From an uncultured delta proteobacterium (GTDB lineage: Bacteria > Myxococcota_A > Polyangia > Polyangiales > Polyangiaceae), in NCBI GenBank assembly GCA_963806225.1, contig CAWDXG010000004.1:4256001-4320000 (forward strand): a stretch of 64,000 bases of DNA, read 5' to 3'. Positions within the stretch are counted from its first letter, which is position 1. Each line of letters opens with the position of its first letter. Position numbers and translations under genes: made by a program. Below the pieces are notes generated by a model, which was not told the DNA's origin, made no database searches, and saw only the letters and a list, made by a program, of their open reading frames with translations. Below, in pieces: positions 11,189 to 21,146 of this stretch.

Positions 11189-11425
11189 CACCAGGAAGAT
11201 AGCACGCACAGCGATTGGTCGAGGAACACCATGACGAGATCGTCCGGAGCCGGAAAGCGCACTTCGGCGGCAGAGCACGCTGACGTCGAGACCCTGTACG
11301 TTACGCCCCACGGCGTCCGGCTGATGGCCGAAGGCACGGAACCTGCTGGGCCAAGCCCGGACGTGGCGCGCCGGTCAGGTCGTGCCGGGACTTCCACGTG
11401 GATCCGCCTCGCGCGCCGCGCGCGG

Positions 11426-12911
11426 GCCCTCTGCTCGTTGCTCCTGATTGCCACACGTCACTCTCGCGGCTTCTGCCGGACAGACTACGCCTCGATCGAG
11501 CTCCGCGGAAGGCGCGCCGGCGTGGCATCCGGCCCCCCGCGCGTGGCCCGCGCACGACCACCCTGCCGCCGGTCGGATCCCCGCCCTTGCGAGCGCGCGT
11601 TCAGGGCACGTCGAACAGCTCCGCCTGCACGGGCTCGCCGAGCCTTCTGCGGATGACGCGGCTCTTGAACCACGGGGGCCCCCTCGCGGGCGCGAGCGTG
11701 GGCGGTTCGGTGGGCTCGCCGAGCCAGCGGAGGTAGCGGCGGATGCCGGCGGCGGTGACGACGAGGGCGCGGAGCTTCATCCTGCCGCCACAGTGCTCGC
11801 ACCGCTCCACGTCGATTTTGAAGCTGCGGCGTAGCAACTCGCGCCATGGGCGATACCCGCAGCGATGCGTGGGCGGCTTGTCCTTCGTGTTCGCGCACGT
11901 GGCGCAGTGCGCGTCGTTGTCGTTCTTGTCGTCGTCGTCGTCGCGCGGCGGCGGCGGAACAATGCGCGCTCTCCATTTGCTGTGTGCAGCGAGCACGCCG
12001 CCGTACCTCACCGTATTGAACCGTGGCGGGTGCACGGCCGCCGCGAGTCGCGCGAGCAGGGACAGAGGGTCCATCTCGAGCGCGACTGTTCCACCACTGA
12101 ACGGCCGCTTAAGGACCAGACGCACGAGATCGTCGCCGGCGAGCTGGACGCGCTCCTGCGAGATCGGCGGCCGCAGGATGTACTTGCAGAGCGCTTCCTT
12201 TCCCGCGGCGTCGGTGGCGCTCGCGGTGGTCGAGGCGTGCAGCGACAAACCGCCCAGGGTGGCGCAGAGCGCCTTGGTGTGGACGAGCCTGGCTTCGCCG
12301 CGCAGCGTGATGGGATCGCGCCGGCGCAGCGCGGGTCCTGCCGGCACGGTGCCGAGCGTGGAGGCGACGGCGAGCTGGGCGAGCGCGGGCTCGCTCTCGG
12401 CGAGCGTCGCGTCCGCGCTGACAACGCTCGCGCCGCTGCCGCTGCCGCTGCCGCCGCTGCTCTCGTCGGCGTCCGCGATCACGCCTTTGCGTCGCAAGAG
12501 CGCGAGGATGCGCGCGCGGGCGATCTGCAGCACGTCGGCGACGTCGTCGTTGGTCAGGAAGGGCAGCGGATGGAAGCGGAGCTCGCCGCTCTCGTCCTCG
12601 GTGAACACCCCATCGAGACCGATCGAATGGAAATGTGGGTTGAGCCGGAAATCACTCGATACGCGTTGTACAGCGGTGACGGCGCCGCTCCTGCCGCCGT
12701 CGATGCCGCGCTCGCGCAGGCGGCGGCGGTACCAGCGGAGCACCGAGTCGACGAAGGCGTGGCAGACCGCGCCGAGCAGCCCGGCGTCGTAGGCGAGCCG
12801 CGCCCTGAGCTCGAACGGCAAGGTGAGCACCCACTGCCTGAGCGGCACGCCCGGCGGCAGAACGTGTTCCACAAGGTCCGCAGCGCCGGCCGCCATGCGG
12901 CGGCCCAGGCA
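11426..12911 (-). mobile_element. ISCR/IS91-like element copy 1, 5'-truncated transposase (11601..12911), ori end clipped
   Basis: NPHFH HUH motif, LCKYILRP; high similarity to 16661..18283. Confidence 0.9.
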
Positions 12912-12954
12912 CGGCAACCAGGAGCAGCGAGCAGGGGGCGTTCATCCTACCTAC
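12912..12954 (+). mobile_element. 43-bp isolated ISCR-like ori end
   Basis: cggcaaccaggagcagcgagcagggggcgttcatcctacctac, near-identical to the termini at 18473, 22452 and 28052. Confidence 0.85.
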
Positions 12955-12955
12955 G

Positions 12956-13021
12956 GGCAACGCCCCGCTCGCGCTGCTACTCGGCCTGCTTGTGCTCGCA
13001 ATCCGCCGTTCGCGCCGCTAG
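12956..13021 (+). pseudogene. 3' remnant of a MYXO-CTERM-like sorting-signal gene
   Basis: GNAPLALLLGLLVLAIRRSRR*: TM helix plus Arg tail right after the ori end. Confidence 0.55.
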
Positions 13022-13057
13022 CCCGGCCGCGCGTTGGCCAGCCGCGCGCAGTCTCGC

Positions 13058-14035
13058 TCATCTCGATGGGTCGGCGCAGCAACGGAAGCCAAGTCCGACA
13101 GCAACTTGCTCCATGGACGGGAAACCGACGCTCTCGGCGCAGCCCAGCGTCTGGTCCCATGCCGTTCCGCTGGAAACGCAACCTTCGCCCGGCACGCTGC
13201 ACATGTTCTGCCACTCTGCAACGCTGCCGCTCACGTCGTACACGCGATCGAAGGGCCCAGTGGTGCCGCGACACTGACGATCAGCAGTGTCCGTCACGTC
13301 GAGGGCGCCTGCACCGTGCTGCTGCACCCAGGTCTGGTCGATGCAGCGGCCGGGTTGGTAGGTGTTGCCGTAGGGGTAGGTCGTCTTTCCCTGCTGGGTG
13401 CATGCGTTCATGAATTCGCTCTGCGGGCTCTCGGCAACGGTCTTGACGAAGGTTCCCCACTGCTGCGGGGTCAGCTTCGACTGGTTGTCGATGCGTTCGG
13501 AGCCCTTGCCCACCCGGCCGCAAAGCCGCTTGCCTGCCCACTCGCAGTAGGCGAGTGCATCGCAGAAGTCGACGCAGCCGACGGCCTGGTTCGGGCGCAT
13601 GCTGTTCCAGTCCGCCTCCCGGCAGAAGAACGGCGTGCCCGGCTGGGTGTCGGCGTCAGCGGTCTGCAGCGCGGGCGTGAAGCTGGTGTTCCAGGAGCAC
13701 GCGCTGGGCTGGCCCGAGGTATCCCCGGCCCTCGCCTTGACGAACGCATCGTACTCGGCGCGCGTCGTCTCGCGGACGTCCATGCAGTACTTCGAGCCGT
13801 CGGGAGCCGGCAGCAGCACCATGGCGGGGCCTTCGCCGGACGGGCACTCCGGTCCTGAAGCTACCCCGCCCGCGCCGTCAGCTGTGCTGCCCGGCGCGGG
13901 TTCGGGTGAAACGGACGTCTCCTCCTTGCACGCGCCGGCGGTCGCCAGCGTCACGGCCACGATGGCCAGCCAGGGCGGTGCACGTCCGATCCAAGAATGT
14001 CCTGTCGGGGATTTCATCACAACACCTCCATCCAT
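13058..14035 (-). CDS. FGE-sulfatase (SUMF1/CLec-fold) lipoprotein, copy A
   Basis: MDVRETTRAEY, AYCEWAGKRLC, YPYG, DVSGSVAEW, GFRCC. Confidence 0.85.
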   Translation of the reverse strand: MDGGVVMKSPTGHSWIGRAPPWLAIVAVTLATAGACKEETSVSPEPAPGSTADGAGGVASGPECPSGEGPAMVLLPAPDGSKYCMDVRETTRAEYDAFVKARAGDTSGQPSACSWNTSFTPALQTADADTQPGTPFFCREADWNSMRPNQAVGCVDFCDALAYCEWAGKRLCGRVGKGSERIDNQSKLTPQQWGTFVKTVAESPQSEFMNACTQQGKTTYPYGNTYQPGRCIDQTWVQQHGAGALDVTDTADRQCRGTTGPFDRVYDVSGSVAEWQNMCSVPGEGCVSSGTAWDQTLGCAESVGFPSMEQVAVGLGFRCCADPSR

Positions 14036-16375
14036 GGGTCGCCGAACGTGCGGCTATGCTCGGTTTGGAACCCGCTGCTCGAAGTGAGCCAGCGCACGAT
14101 GCCCTGGTCCGGATCGACGATCAGCAGGTCGTTCAGACCGTCCCCGTCCATGTCGGACACGCTGTAGACAGCTGTCCGACGGCGTTGGGCTCCGGCGGTC
14201 GTGTCCAGGACGTGCTCCGCGCCGCTGCAGTCGGACCAAGTCGTGTTCTTCTCGTACAGCGTGAACGGCCATCCGCTATAGCTTCCGCCGTCGAACATGA
14301 ACATGTCGGACTGGCCATCGCCGTTCCAGTCTATCCCGCCAATCGGTGCCGAGTCGGGGGTTCCCAGTATACAGCCGCCGGTCACGCTCGCGGAGGACAC
14401 CGGATTCATCATCATGTTCCACGTGCCGTCCTGCGGATAGAAGACGACGGCGGACAGTCGCGATTTCAGCGAATACCACGACCCATTCCAGCACCATCGA
14501 ACGTAGCGCTGGCCCGCCACGGGCACCACGCCGGCGACATCCGTGAGGCTGCCGTTCATGTGCGGGATGAAGTTGGTCGAGAACTGTCGCGTGATCATCT
14601 GGGATGCGTCCCAGTTCTGCATCGAGCCTACCAGCTTGAACTGCGCCGTCATCGGCTCGTAGACGGCCAGATCCGCCTCGTCGTCGCAGTCGTACTGCCC
14701 TGGCAGCGGGACGGCGCCAGAATCTGCGCTGGAGATGGTCACCTTCGTGTAGTTCGACCAGGATAGTTCCTTGAAGTAGTAGGCGCCGTTGGAAGGCCGG
14801 TACACGGCCAGTGCGTCGGGGGCCGAGCCGTCGAAATCGAGGCCGGGCTCGGGCGCGTCCTCACGCCACCCGAACTGGGTCACGGTTGGGCTCGAGCAGC
14901 TGGTGGTGGGGCACCAGCGCCAGTAGCCAGCATGATCGGTTGGGTCGTCGCGGTTGATGCCGCCGCCGGGCTGGTAGACGGCGAGATTCGTATGCCCGTC
15001 GCCTGTGTAGTCCGCCGGGACGGGCGTGTCCCCCAGCCCGCCGAAGGCCACGTCGATGTCCTGTCCGGAGACCTGGCTGTAGCCATTGCCGCTCAGCAGC
15101 ACGATGAACTCGCCGCTCACACCTAGCGTCTTCGGCGGGATCCAGACCCCGATATCGCGCAGGCCGTCGCCATCGAAGTCCAGCTTGGCGCCCGGCTGCC
15201 GCTGGCGCCAGCTGCCGAGACGCGTGCGAAGACCGCTAGTGGTGGGCACCGGGTAGTTGAAGCCATCGTAGATTGCGTTGTAGTTGGCCGTCGTGAACTG
15301 CTGTTCCCAGCGCAGGAACTTGCGCACGATCTCGACCTGCGAGTCGCTGATGTTCTTGGGCCGCGCCGCCGTGTTGCTGGTGTAGGCCATGATGTTCTCG
15401 CCGTAGTCGGCATTGCCTTGCGGAAAGCTCAGGCCCTTCAAACCCGCGTGGCCGGTCTGGAGGGTCTCGTAGTAGGTTGCGGAGGCCCCGACCCTGCAGG
15501 TCATGATGCCGGCCGCGCCGATGCTGCAGTTGTCTGCGTCTCCGGGAGTGGCTCTGGACGGCCTGTTGTTGATCAAGCGGAGGGAACCCTCGTCGGCTTC
15601 CGCTTGGCCGAGATCGTCGTAGTACTTGTTCGGATTGGCGGGGCTGGTGCCCCACTTGTAGACCAGGTCCCAACGGTCGGAACGCTTCCAGGGCTGCTGC
15701 GTGCTCGGGTCATTGTGGTCGTTGAACTGGAAGGTATGCGCCAGGCCGAGGAAGTGCCCGATCTCGTGGGCGGCGTAGTAGGGGTGGTAGGCGAGAGGCG
15801 GCTCGTTCCAGATGCAGCTGCGGCCCTCCGAGGGGAAATTGCAGGTGTTGTCTCCGTACGCCTGCTTGAGCCAGACCGTAATCTCGTTGGGCTCCGCGTA
15901 GACGGCGGCGACGGCGCGGAGCCAGTCTGGTTTGCTCTTCTGCTTTCCGGCAAGCCACGCGTCTGTCGGCGCGCCGGGAAACGGTGTTGCTGCGTTCGGA
16001 TTGTGGGCAAGCTCTGCTTCAACCGAGCTCCAAGAATGCGGGCTGCCCCAAGGTGTCATGTCGTAGAAATCCGGCATCACGTACGACTCGACCGAGCGGA
16101 TCCAGAACTGCACGCCGGCCGCCTTCCATATCTGGTTCGCGTCCTGGACGTTCAGCAGCAGAGCCTGCGGCATTGTCGCACGCGCTCGGGCTGTCCAGCA
16201 TGCGGATGAAGCGGACCGGGATGATCCGTTCCGACCCGTTCGCGCTCAGGCTCTGGTGCGTCGTGCGAGTGCTACTCCCGAGCTGGTTAGGCCGGCTGGA
16301 CGCGTTCCCGCAGCCGCAGGCGGTCAACGCCATCATGGAACTTCCGACTCCCAATCCCGCGACCCACCTCATCAT
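14017..16375 (-). pseudogene. Lipoprotein with metallopeptidase (HEIGHFLGLAH) and FG-GAP/VCBS repeats, copy A; frameshift near 16175
   Basis: Signal/lipobox ORF 16019..16375 is out of frame with the 718-aa ORF containing DFDGDG, DYTGDG, DMDGDG. Confidence 0.75.
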
Positions 16376-16632
16376 GAAAGCCTGCGCCCCCCCCCCCCCG
16401 GAGTTGTCAAGCGCATCTGCCGGGTTTCTGCGAGGGGGAGGGCGACGGAGTCGTCGACCAGGGCTTCGAGCGCGATGGGATCGCCGAGAGGGCGAAGCCG
16501 ACGCCCGTTGCGCGCGCGCTCTGCGTCACTTGACGGAGCCGAGCGCGTCGCGCTGGCGGCCGCCACCGGCGGACCGCCGTGTCGCCACCCCGCCGCGCGC
16601 ACGAAATAGCGCGAATCACCGCTCCGCCGTGC

Positions 16633-16647
16633 CGGCACGCCGCTTGC
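16633..16647 (+). promoter_or_regulatory. Putative sigma54 -24/-12 promoter of the transposase
   Basis: CGGCACG-CCGC-TTGC with exact GG-N10-GC spacing, 13 nt before GTG 16661; also present in copy B. Confidence 0.4.
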
Positions 16648-16660
16648 GCAGGCGCGCGCC

Positions 16661-18283
16661 GTGTCCGCCGCGTCTGCCGCGTCCGCCGTGTCTGCCGCGT
16701 CCGCCGCGCGCGCCAAGCCGACGTACTCGCGCCGCCATCCGGAAGCGACTGCCCTGTACCGCGTGGTGCAGGGCAACCTCCTCACGCTCTACGCCGCCGC
16801 CGAGCAGGGCTTCGCCGCGCCGCTTCCCGGCTTCGTCAAGGGCGAGCTCGAGCGCTTCGTCGACTGCGGGATCCTGGCGCGGGGATTTTCCGTGCTCGCG
16901 TGCCCCGACTGCCAGAGGCGGAGGGTCGCCGCGTTTTCCTGTAAAGGCCGCTCCTTGTGCCCATCATGCCTGGGCCGGCGCATGGCGGCCGGCGCCGCGG
17001 ACCTTGTGGAACACGTTCTGCCGCCGGGCGTACCGCTCAGGCAGTGGGTGCTCACGCTGCCGTTTGAGCTCAGGGCGCGGCTCGCCTACGACGGCAAGCT
17101 CTGCGGCGCGGTCTGCCACGCCTTCGTCGACTCGGTGCTCCGCTGGTACCGCCGCCGCCTGCGCGAGCGCGGCATCGACGGCGGCAGGAGCGGCGCCGTC
17201 ACCGCTGTACAACGCGTATCGAGTGATTTCCGGCTCAACCCACATTTCCATTCGATCGGTCTCGATGGGGTGTTCACCGAGGACGAGAGCGGCGAGCTCC
17301 GCTTCCATCCGCTGCCCTTCCTGACCAACGACGACGTCGCCGACGTGCTGCAGATCGCCCGCGCGCGCATCCTCGCGCTCTTGCGACGCAAGGGCGTGAT
17401 CGCGGACGCCGACGAGAGCGGCAGCGGCAGCGGCGGCGGCAGCGGCGCGAGCGTTGTCAGCGCGGACGCGACGCTCGCCGACCAGGAGCCCGCGCTCGCC
17501 CAGCTCGCCGTCGCCTCCACGCTCGGCACCGTGCCGGCAGGCCCCGCGCTGCGCCGGCGCGATCCCATCACGCTGCGCGGCGGAGCCGGGCTCCTCCACA
17601 CCAAGGCGCTGTGCGCCACCCTGGGCGGCTTCTCGTTGCACGCCGCCACCACCGCCAGCGCCACCGACGCCGCGGGAAAGGAAGCGCTCTGCAAGTACAT
17701 CCTGCGGCCGCCGATCTCCCAGGAGCGCGTGCAGCTCGCTAGTGACGATCTCGTGCGGCTGGTCCTCAAGCGGCCGTTCAGTGATGGAACAGTCGCGCTC
17801 GAGATGGACCCTCTGTCCCTGCTGGCGCGACTCGCGGCGGCCGTGCACCCGCCACGGTTCAATACGGTGAGGTACGGCGGCGTCCTCGCTGCACACAGCA
17901 AATGGAGAGCGCGCATTGTTCCGCCGCCGCCGCCGCCGGGCGACGACAAGAACGACAACGACAACGACGCGCACTGCGCGACGTGCAGCGCGAAGAAGAA
18001 GGGCAAGCCGCCCACGCATCGCTGCGGGTATCGCCCATGGCGCGAGTTGCTCCGCCGCAGCTTCAAAATCGACGTCGAGCAGTGCGAGCACTGTGGCGGC
18101 AGGATGAAGCTCCGCGCGCTGGTCGTCACCGCTGCCGGCATCGTGCGCTATTTGAAGTGGCTCGGCGAGCCCACCGAGCCGCCCACGCTCGCGCCCGCGA
18201 GGGGGCCGCCCTTCTTCAAGAGCCGCGTCATCCGCCGCCGGCTCGGAGAGCCCGTGCAGGCGGAGCTGTTCGACGCGCCCTGA
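16661..18283 (+). CDS. Full-length ISCR/IS91-family HUH transposase with N-terminal Zn-binding domain
   Basis: CGILARGF…CPDC…FSCKGRSLCPSC, RQWVLTLP, NPHFH, single-Tyr LCKYILRP, RYGGVLA, C-terminal CEHCGG…ARGPP. Confidence 0.92.
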   Translation: MSAASAASAVSAASAARAKPTYSRRHPEATALYRVVQGNLLTLYAAAEQGFAAPLPGFVKGELERFVDCGILARGFSVLACPDCQRRRVAAFSCKGRSLCPSCLGRRMAAGAADLVEHVLPPGVPLRQWVLTLPFELRARLAYDGKLCGAVCHAFVDSVLRWYRRRLRERGIDGGRSGAVTAVQRVSSDFRLNPHFHSIGLDGVFTEDESGELRFHPLPFLTNDDVADVLQIARARILALLRRKGVIADADESGSGSGGGSGASVVSADATLADQEPALAQLAVASTLGTVPAGPALRRRDPITLRGGAGLLHTKALCATLGGFSLHAATTASATDAAGKEALCKYILRPPISQERVQLASDDLVRLVLKRPFSDGTVALEMDPLSLLARLAAAVHPPRFNTVRYGGVLAAHSKWRARIVPPPPPPGDDKNDNDNDAHCATCSAKKKGKPPTHRCGYRPWRELLRRSFKIDVEQCEHCGGRMKLRALVVTAAGIVRYLKWLGEPTEPPTLAPARGPPFFKSRVIRRRLGEPVQAELFDAP

Positions 18284-18596
18284 ACGCGCGCTCGCAAGGG
18301 CGGGGATCCGACCGGAGGCGGGGTGGTCGTGCGCGGGCGACGCGCGGGAGGCCGGACGCCCCGCCGGCGGGCATTCCGCGGAGCTCGATCGGGGCGTAGA
18401 CTGTCCGGGCGAGGCCGGGAGAGTGACGTGGGGCAACCAGGAGCAACGAGCAGAGGGCGTTCATCCTACCTACGGGCGGACGCCACGCCGGCGCGCCTTG
18501 CGCGGGCTCCATCGAGGCGTAGACCGTCCGGCAGAGGCAGCGAGAGCAACGTGGGGCAACCAGGAGCAACGAGCAGAGGGCGTTCATCGCACCTAC
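18284..18596 (+). mobile_element. ISCR-like 3' non-coding end (terminus 18473) followed by a second, variant end (18474..18596)
   Basis: Two tandem copies of gtggggcaaccaggagcaacgagcagagggcgttcatc…acctac, each followed by GGGC. Confidence 0.85.
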
Positions 18597-18775
18597 GGGC
18601 GCCGGACGCGGTGTGCGGCGCGGGCCAGTGTTGCATCGGCGGCGCGTGCGCGCCCTGCTGCAAGACGAAGCTCGACTGCAAGGCCGGACAATGCTGCGTC
18701 GCAGGTCGCTGCGACGTGTGTCCGTGCACCACCACCGCCCAGTGCGGCTCCGGCCAGACCTGCTGTAGCTACTGA
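18597..18775 (+). pseudogene. 3' remnant of a Cys-rich protein gene
   Basis: …CGAGQCCIGGACAPCC…CCSY* begins at the ori end with no start codon. Confidence 0.6.
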
Positions 18776-18782
18776 AGGAGAA

Positions 18783-20183
18783 ATGACGATGGCTTGTCTC
18801 TATCGACGTGGGATCCCCCTGCTCGCCGCCGCCGTCGCGCTCGCGGCAGCCGTCGCCTGCAGCGGAGGCGGATCGCCGGCCACGACCGGCACCGGCGGCA
18901 GTAGCGCTGCGGGCGGCGCCGCGGCGACCGGCGGCGCCGCGGCGACCGGCGGCAGCAGCGCCAGCGGTGGCACAGGCGCGACCGCGGGCAGCGGCGGAAC
19001 CTGCTCGCTCACCGTCTGCGGCGGCAAGTGCGTCGACACCCAGACGGACAGCGCGAACTGCGGCGCGTGCGGCACGGCCTGCGCCCAGCCCACCACCTGC
19101 CAGGCCGGCGCGTGCAAGCCGGTGCCCGGCGCCTTTGGCGACGCGTGCACCAAGAGCGGCGACTGCACCTCCCAGCTCTGCCTGCAGAGCGGCCACTGCT
19201 CGAAGAAATGCGCGAGCGCGAGCGACTGCCCGCCCGCCCCCGAGTGGAGCTGCGCGCCGCTGCCCGGTTACCCGCAGATGTGCCAGTGCACGCCGAGCGG
19301 CAAGGAAGTCTGCGACGGCCAGGACAACGACTGCGACGGCCTGGTCGACAACGGCGCCACCTGCTCGCAGACCGGCTACACGTGCCAGAACGGCGCCTGC
19401 GCCTGCGCGCCCGGAAATCTCTGCGGCACGACCTGCGTCGACAAGCAGACCGACGTGAACAACTGCGGCGCGTGCGGCAAGAAGTGCGCGACCGGGGCGA
19501 GCTGCCAGGGTGGGACGTGTACCTGCCCGAACGGCGGAACGGTGTGCAACGGCGCGTGCGTGGACACGGGCACCGACGTGAACAACTGCGGGACCTGTGG
19601 CACGCAGTGCGCGGCGTGCATCGGCGGGACGTGTACGTGTCCGAACAGCACCGTCCTGTGCGGCGCGTCATGCGTCGATCCCAAGACAGACGCAAAGAAC
19701 TGTGGGACCTGCGGCCACGCGTGCGCAACGGGTGGGTTCTGCACGAACGGTGACTGCGGCAGCGAATGGGCCGGCTGGCGCATGCCGAATCCGGTTGCCG
19801 CCAGCTTGCCCAACCCGGCCAGCTACGACACCAGCACGCCGGGGGTTGTCGTGGACAAGGTGACGGGCCTGATGTGGCAGCGCGCCGTCGACCCGAACAG
19901 CTACACCTGGGCCCAGGCCAAGACCTACTGCGCGGGCCTCGCCCTCGCCGGCCACAGCGACTGGCGCCTGCCCACCGAAATCGAGCTGTACTCGCTGGTC
20001 GACTACACGACCCGCAATCCCGCCATCGACGCAGCGGCGTTCCCGAACACGCCGGCGGACTATTTCTGGTCCTCGTCACCGCTGGCCAGCCAACCGTCCG
20101 GCGCGTGGCTCGTCGGCTTCGGCTACGGCAACACGAGCAGCCTCGGCGTGACGACTACGACCCGCGTGCGTTGTGTGCGTTGA
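18783..20183 (+). CDS. Lipoprotein with Stig1-like Cys repeats and C-terminal DUF1566 (Lcl/CLec) domain; DGR target 1
   Basis: AAGGAG RBS, AVAC lipobox, DKVTGLMWQ…TWAQAKTYC…DWRLPTEIEL…FWSSS…RVRCVR. Confidence 0.88.
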   Translation: MTMACLYRRGIPLLAAAVALAAAVACSGGGSPATTGTGGSSAAGGAAATGGAAATGGSSASGGTGATAGSGGTCSLTVCGGKCVDTQTDSANCGACGTACAQPTTCQAGACKPVPGAFGDACTKSGDCTSQLCLQSGHCSKKCASASDCPPAPEWSCAPLPGYPQMCQCTPSGKEVCDGQDNDCDGLVDNGATCSQTGYTCQNGACACAPGNLCGTTCVDKQTDVNNCGACGKKCATGASCQGGTCTCPNGGTVCNGACVDTGTDVNNCGTCGTQCAACIGGTCTCPNSTVLCGASCVDPKTDAKNCGTCGHACATGGFCTNGDCGSEWAGWRMPNPVAASLPNPASYDTSTPGVVVDKVTGLMWQRAVDPNSYTWAQAKTYCAGLALAGHSDWRLPTEIELYSLVDYTTRNPAIDAAAFPNTPADYFWSSSPLASQPSGAWLVGFGYGNTSSLGVTTTTRVRCVR

Positions 20184-20190
20184 GGACGGG
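20023..20190 (+). repeat. DGR variable repeat VR1 (pairs with 20986..21153)
   Basis: 65 identical nt, 21 mismatches in 13 codons, then 29 identical nt extending past the stop codon. Confidence 0.85.
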
Positions 20191-20199
20191 ATGACCGGG

Positions 20200-20661
20200 G
20201 CCACCAACGTGTACCTGACGCCGCTCGATCACTTCGTGCAGCGCACGCTCGGCTTCGGCGGCTACGTGCGGTACGTGGACGACTTCATCCTGCTCCACCC
20301 CGACCCGGCGCGGCTCGAGGCCGCGCGCGAGCGCATCGTCACCTCGAGCAGCACCCGCGCGCGCAGCAACTCAACGCGCACCGGACCGCGGCTCGCGCCG
20401 AGGCTCGACACGGACACACGAACGCCCGGGCCGACCGCGAGCGGAGCGGGCTCGTTTTTCGGCCTGCGCCGCTCGCGCGGGCGGCGTCGCGCCTGGCGCC
20501 TGCCCTGGCGCTTCGCGCACCGCCTCATCGAACGGATCCTGCGCGCCGGACATCCGGTCGCCGTCGCCCTGGAACGGAGCGAGCCGAGCGGCAACGTCAA
20601 GCGCCGCGAGCTTGCCTATCTCCTCGAGCCGATTGCCGGCTCGAGTCTGGAGGAGTCATGA
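20200..20661 (+). pseudogene. Internally deleted DGR-type reverse transcriptase with MutS-domain-I-like C-terminus
   Basis: NVYLTPLDHFVQRTLGFGGYVRYVDDFILL; later HRLIERILRAGHPVAVALE…GNVKRRELAYLLEP. Confidence 0.75.
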
Positions 20662-21146
20662 GTCATCGAACGTTGCGTCCATCCGGTCTTCGTCGCGGCT
20701 TTCATCTGGCGGCCCTCGCCCTCGGCGCAGCCTCGGTGCTCTGCCTGCCGGCCTCGAACGCCCGGGCCAACGCCCCGCCCGGCCGCTACAGCATTGCGAA
20801 CGGCACGGTGACCGACACCGCCACGAAGCTCGTGTGGCAGCAGGCCGTGGACCCGGGCACGTACACCTGGGCTGGCGCCAAGAGCTACTGCGCGGGCCTC
20901 TCGCTCGCCGGCGGCGGCTGGCGCGTGCCGAGCATGAAGGAGCTGATGACCCTGGTCGATTTCAGCGTCGGGCCCCCCGGGCCGACCATCGACGCAGCGG
21001 CGTTCCCGAACACGCCGGCGGACTATTTCTGGTCCTCGTCACCGCTGGCCGGCCAGTCGTCCTACGCGTGGCTCGTCTTCTTCAGCATCGGCGGCACGGG
21101 CTACAACGGCGTGACGTATACGCTCCGCGTGCGTTGTGTGCGTTGA
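20658..21146 (+). CDS. Secreted DUF1566 (CLec) protein; DGR target 2
   Basis: Signal peptide, TVTDTATKLVWQQ…WRVPSMKEL…FWSSS…RVRCVR. Confidence 0.88.
   Translation: MSHRTLRPSGLRRGFHLAALALGAASVLCLPASNARANAPPGRYSIANGTVTDTATKLVWQQAVDPGTYTWAGAKSYCAGLSLAGGGWRVPSMKELMTLVDFSVGPPGPTIDAAAFPNTPADYFWSSSPLAGQSSYAWLVFFSIGGTGYNGVTYTLRVRCVR

Larger units (their letters stand above)
13024..16707. repeat. 3.7-kb direct repeat, copy A (copy B 28053..31745)
   Basis: Offset 15029; identical ORF lengths, few substitutions. Confidence 0.95.

Noticed and set aside
13058..13260. FGE gene C-termini as additional DGR variable repeats
   Set aside because: The two copies translate identically and share no visible sequence with VR1/VR2; 40803..41837 has no partner repeat
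18350..18600. Repeated ggcaaccaggagcaacgagcagagggcgttcatc as a CRISPR repeat
   Set aside because: Only two adjacent copies, the intervening sequences are homologous, no cas genes; it is the transposon end
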